In this document: piece after piece, positions 62,758 through 64,000 of the stretch
How positions within the stretch are numbered: the first letter of the stretch is position 1
Layout: every line of letters begins with the position of its first letter
From: Opitutaceae bacterium
GTDB lineage: Bacteria > Verrucomicrobiota > Verrucomicrobiia > Opitutales > Opitutaceae
DNA length: 64,000 nt
Assembly: GCA_026125215.1 (NCBI GenBank)
Contig: JAHCLN010000002.1
Coordinates: 14,896 to 78,895, forward strand
Direction of reading: 5' to 3'
Made by a program: the position numbers and the translations under genes
The notes under the pieces: generated by a model
Told to the model about the DNA's origin: nothing
Databases searched by the model: none
Seen by the model: the letters and a program-made list of their open reading frames with translations, nothing else

Positions 62758-64000
62758 ATGCACACCCCGCGCCCGGAATCGCCCGCCGGCCCCAACTGCC
62801 AGTTGCTCTACTTCACGACCTACAGCGTGACGCGGGATGCCGCGCTGCTGGCCGCGATCACCAACGCGTATTCCACGCACCCTGAGGGTGCGAGCCTCGC
62901 CCGGATCGACCGCGCCACCGGCCGCATGGAACCGCTCGCGGTGTTCCCCGGCCCCGCGATGCAGGCGTATCCGTATTTTGCCCGGCCGCGCTCCGCCAAT
63001 CCCGCGGAGGATTATCTCTACAACGGCACCGTGGCGAAGCACGGGCTCAACAAGTCCAGCCCCTGCCTCGATCCCGTGTCGGGCGACCTGTATTTTGTGT
63101 GGGGCCGGGAGGACGGCTGGGGTCTCCTCGACTGCGTGAACCTCCGCGATGGCCGGCGGCGGACGCTGCTGGAAATCCCGCCGGAGCGCTGCGTGGGCTA
63201 TACGCACCTCGATCCCTCCCGCACCCGCGTGCTGCTCAGCCTGATGGACAGCCGCATCCTGGCGTTTGGGGAGAAGCGCACGCAGAACCGCGAGATGTCG
63301 GAGAACTACGCCAGATACGGCCTCACCACGCAGCTTGCCGAGGTGGAGGTCGCCACCGGCAAACTCACGGTGCGCTGGGAGGACCCGGCTTGGGTGACGC
63401 ATGTGCAGTATCACCCGCGGCGCCGCGACCTCGTGCTCTACAACCACGAGTGGACCTGGCCGCTCGGCACCGAGCGCATCTGGATGAAGGCCGACGGCGG
63501 GGAGCGTGTGCAGGTGCGCCGACCCGGCCGGCCGATCCGTTTCCGCACGTCGCCCGACCTCGGGCTCGACGACGTGGCGCACGAGGTGTGGCAGGAAAAC
63601 GGCGAGGCCGTCATCTACCACGGCGTGCGCTGGGATGCGCCCGGCCACCCCGAGCAGTTCGTCGGCCGCGCGCCGGTGGACCCCGGGCAGCCGCTGCAGG
63701 AAATTTCCATCCCGCGCGACCGGCCGTCGTTCTACGGCCACTTCATCCCCAGCCGCGCCGGCGACTTTGTCATCACCGATGCCATCGCCAACGAAAAGGG
63801 CCTCGCCCAGCGCAAGGGCAACCTCATCTCCCGGCTCAATCTGGACTGGGACAACGGGACGATGGAGGTCGTGCCGCTCTGCGAGAGCAACACCTCCTGG
63901 CACACGCAGGACAATCACCCGCATCCCGTGCCCACGCCCGACCAGCAGGAAGTGCTCTTCACTTCCGACCGCGATGGCACGCGGCGGATCTACTCGGTGC
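62758..64000 (+). CDS. oligogalacturonate-lyase-like beta-propeller protein, 3'-truncated by the window edge
   Basis: Open frame from ATG 62758 to the window end. It is not in the ORF track because it has no stop. C-terminal part DNHPHPVPTPDQQEVLFTSDRDGTRRIYSV resembles the family. Confidence 0.55.
   Translation, partial: MHTPRPESPAGPNCQLLYFTTYSVTRDAALLAAITNAYSTHPEGASLARIDRATGRMEPLAVFPGPAMQAYPYFARPRSANPAEDYLYNGTVAKHGLNKSSPCLDPVSGDLYFVWGREDGWGLLDCVNLRDGRRRTLLEIPPERCVGYTHLDPSRTRVLLSLMDSRILAFGEKRTQNREMSENYARYGLTTQLAEVEVATGKLTVRWEDPAWVTHVQYHPRRRDLVLYNHEWTWPLGTERIWMKADGGERVQVRRPGRPIRFRTSPDLGLDDVAHEVWQENGEAVIYHGVRWDAPGHPEQFVGRAPVDPGQPLQEISIPRDRPSFYGHFIPSRAGDFVITDAIANEKGLAQRKGNLISRLNLDWDNGTMEVVPLCESNTSWHTQDNHPHPVPTPDQQEVLFTSDRDGTRRIYSV

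Overview
High-GC, gene-dense chromosomal segment with about 60 protein-coding genes on both strands. By eye I found no rRNA, tRNA, CRISPR array, transposase, integrase or phage genes. The gene content resembles a polysaccharide-degrading Verrucomicrobiota/Planctomycetota-like bacterium, but that taxonomy is inference only. It mixes housekeeping genes (mdh, DAHP synthase, aroE, yggS, ygfZ, galK, prepilin peptidase, RluA- and TrmH-type RNA enzymes, FadJ-like beta-oxidation enzyme, kynB-kynU) with accessory blocks (GH78-like, GH172/DUF2961, heparinase-like giant protein, oligogalacturonate-lyase-like, several Fe(II)/2OG oxygenases, an ECF sigma module, a YafQ-type TA pair). Candidates most worth a second look: (1) a tightly coupled eight-gene minus-strand membrane-lipid modification operon at 23862-31286. 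It has two CFA-synthase-like methyltransferases, DUF1295, DUF2062, a DUF1475-like protein, DUF1365, an amine-oxidase-like flavoprotein and an extended acyl desaturase. (2) A 2-oxoacid dehydrogenase locus where E1alpha, E1beta and a lipoyl domain are fused, the E2 core lies in the +1 frame, and no subunit-binding domain is visible. (3) A cassette-like tandem pair of secreted Ala-rich NP-helix-repeat/PT-linker proteins with conserved flanks, a 5' remnant and a duplicated fragment of the neighbouring SDR gene. (4) An operon of two PhyH-type dioxygenases, GH172 and an M55 peptidase, divergent from a frameshifted AraC gene, next to a JmjC-like protein and a 1109-aa heparinase-like/beta-propeller protein. 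(5) A soluble protein with an anti-sigma-like N-terminus and a LOV-like PAS domain. (6) Several unusual non-coding structures: a canonical terminator 20 nt upstream of DAHP synthase inside an AT-rich island, hairpins with different stems but the same TTACCCCTAA loop, an iteron-like AT-rich inverted repeat bridging a stop codon and the aroE start, a GTAG-type REP doublet, and a 45-nt perfect palindrome with a competing upstream arm. I cannot show from sequence alone that any of these is truly undescribed. Family calls rest on motifs recognised by eye. Hand-located motif coordinates may be off by 1-2 nt; CDS coordinates are tied to the ORF track.
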